Source: Takakia lepidozioides (lineage: Eukaryota > Plantae > Bryophyta). Taken from it: a DNA stretch of 64,000 nucleotides. A program made the position numbers and the translations under genes. The notes beneath the pieces were generated by a model. The model had not been told where the DNA came from and did no database searches. It saw only the letters and a list, made by a program, of their open reading frames with translations. The stretch lies in assembly GCA_030704615.1 (NCBI GenBank), contig CM060733.1, positions 71,238,001 to 71,302,000 on the forward strand. Direction: 5' to 3'. Shown piece after piece: positions 62,410 through 64,000 of this stretch; position 1 is the first letter of the stretch, and every line of letters starts with the position of its first letter.

Positions 62410-62590
62410 GCATCAATTCCTGGAGCTTGGAAGGAGTCTCCCCTATGCCTGCGAAGTCATCCGCAAACATAAGGGCTGGTATGGTGGCATCACCCACCTT
62501 TAACCCAAACCCCTCACTTTCCACATGCTCCAGGAGTTGATTGATGAAAACATTGAAGAGCAGAGGGGAGAGAGTACATCCTAGAGCGTC
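62410..62590 (-). pseudogene. LINE (non-LTR) reverse transcriptase fragment
   Basis: Manual translation GCTLSPLLFNVFINQLLEHVESEGFGLKVGDATIPALMFADDFAGIGETPSKLQEL contains the GxxLSPxLF and FADD motifs. Confidence 0.9.
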
Positions 62591-63260
62591 TTTCCGCTTT
62601 TAACACGGGCGTTACCCCTCTTTGTAGCGGTCCCACTAATTTACCCCTAGCTTGGTGTTTAACTTCATCTCCCACCATAGCTCGTCCCACGGCCCTTGGC
62701 ACTGCCCAGAAGCCCCGCAACATCCCTGCTTCGCTCTCCCTCGTTTGCAAGACTCGCCTCTTTTAAACTATCTCTCGCTCATTTTTTTATCGTTTTATGG
62801 GTGAATATGTTTTGCGACCACTTGGTACCTCCCCTCTCATCGAGCCCGTCGCATCAGGCCACAGGATAATCACCACGACTGCCTGCTCAAAGTTCACTAT
62901 ACCAGCAGCTTTAAGGGCCACCTTACGGTGTATATGCTTCTCCGAGTAATGGTTACTATCTCGATTCTTACTCTGGCATATTCAAGCTCCCTTGCTTGGC
63001 GTTGGAAGTTCTACCACCCACCACCCCTCTTTCATCTATGGAGTTGCAACTCAACAGCTATGTCTACAGCGGTGCACCACCCTGCGTGGGTTGGTCTGAC
63101 TACCCCGAATCCATACGCAGTCTGCACTCGAGGGCTGCTTCCCCCTGTCATGTACCCTACTCTCAACAGGTGCTTCCCATGGTGCACAGCCTTTGAGCTC
63201 TCTGTTTATGCTAACGGTAATCTGGGCGGTTGGATACTTCCCCACCCCCCCCCCCCTCTC

Positions 63261-64000
63261 TGTTAGAGGGCTGTCTTGGACTTAGATAGTTTTACGGGTT
63301 CTGTGGGGTACCCTTAATTTTGCGCATACTTACAGATGGTAGGCTCAGACCAACAGAGGCCTTAGGGATGATAGACACAGGCCTTACGGGTGGTAGGCAG
63401 GCTCACACAGTCAGTCACAGGCTTACACAGCCTTACAAAGCCTGACACAGCTTGTCACAGTCTTACACAGTTAGACACAGCTTGACATAGCCTAACACAG
63501 TCAGTCACAGCCTTACATAGCCTACCACAGTCAGACACATCCTAACACAATCTGACACAGCCTACCACAGTCTGACATAGCTTACCACAGTCAGACACAG
63601 CCTAATACAGTGTGACACAACCTCATACAGTCAGTTACAACCTGACACAGCTTCACACAGCCAGTCACAGCCCGACACAACTTGGCACAGCCCGTCACAG
63701 CGTACATAGGGAACGGTTATCATTGGCAGGGAATGACTGTGTAGGAACGACATCTGCACAGGGAGCGTGCATTCTGTCTTGAATGACAGTTAGTGGCTTC
63801 AGCCTGATACTTGATAGATATTAATCTAATACATATTTCATACTCACACTGTGTAGAGAGACCTGAGTGAAGCTGTGGAATGGATGTCGAGAAGGAATAC
63901 AAATAGGAAGCACCCCCATGATACACTAGCTGTAGGTCATGACTGATTGTTCTGAGTGGGCTAAGTGCTTAGAGATTTCCAACTCTTCTATCTTGGAGTT
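63261..64000 (+). repeat. Family-2 LTR running off the window end, with expanded ~10-bp CACAG microrepeat
   Basis: Begins TGTTAGAGGGCTG; homologous to 60606-61500. Confidence 0.88.

Overview
Eukaryotic, transposon-dense DNA from a plant. Spliceosomal introns, PLS-type PPR remnants and a chromodomain Ty3/gypsy element point to a land plant, possibly non-seed; the organism cannot be fixed from sequence alone. No intact host gene is evident. The window is dominated by four nested copies (here called C, A', B and A) of a large Mutator-like (MULE) DNA transposon family. The best-preserved copy (A, 41643-56455, 14.8 kb, 21-bp imperfect TIRs, exact 8-bp TSD CTTTCATC) carries: (i) a transposase with a GCM/WRKY-like Zn domain, MULE DDE core and SWIM finger; (ii) a divergently oriented, intron-containing gene for a bacterial-type beta-class amino (m6A/m4C) DNA methyltransferase fold fused behind a ParB/Srx-like domain; (iii) two paralogous ORFs of an unrecognised ~200-aa family; (iv) arrays of a subfamily-specific palindrome built on a shared CGGYRCCG core, spaced at ~53 bp (five helical turns) and largely confined to non-coding DNA. 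Each subfamily has its own palindrome arms, suggesting a transposon-encoded, sequence-specific self-marking or anti-silencing system. A sits in the MTase gene of B; C abuts a cut transposase gene in A'; B has a ~7.5-kb internal inversion and a captured PPR E/E+ fragment. Also present: a decayed chromovirus, several LTRs of a second family with unusual extra ORFs, a PPR pseudogene, a LINE RT fragment and a trihelix fragment. All protein calls are by motif recognition by eye; no database searches were run, and most copies carry frameshifts or stops.
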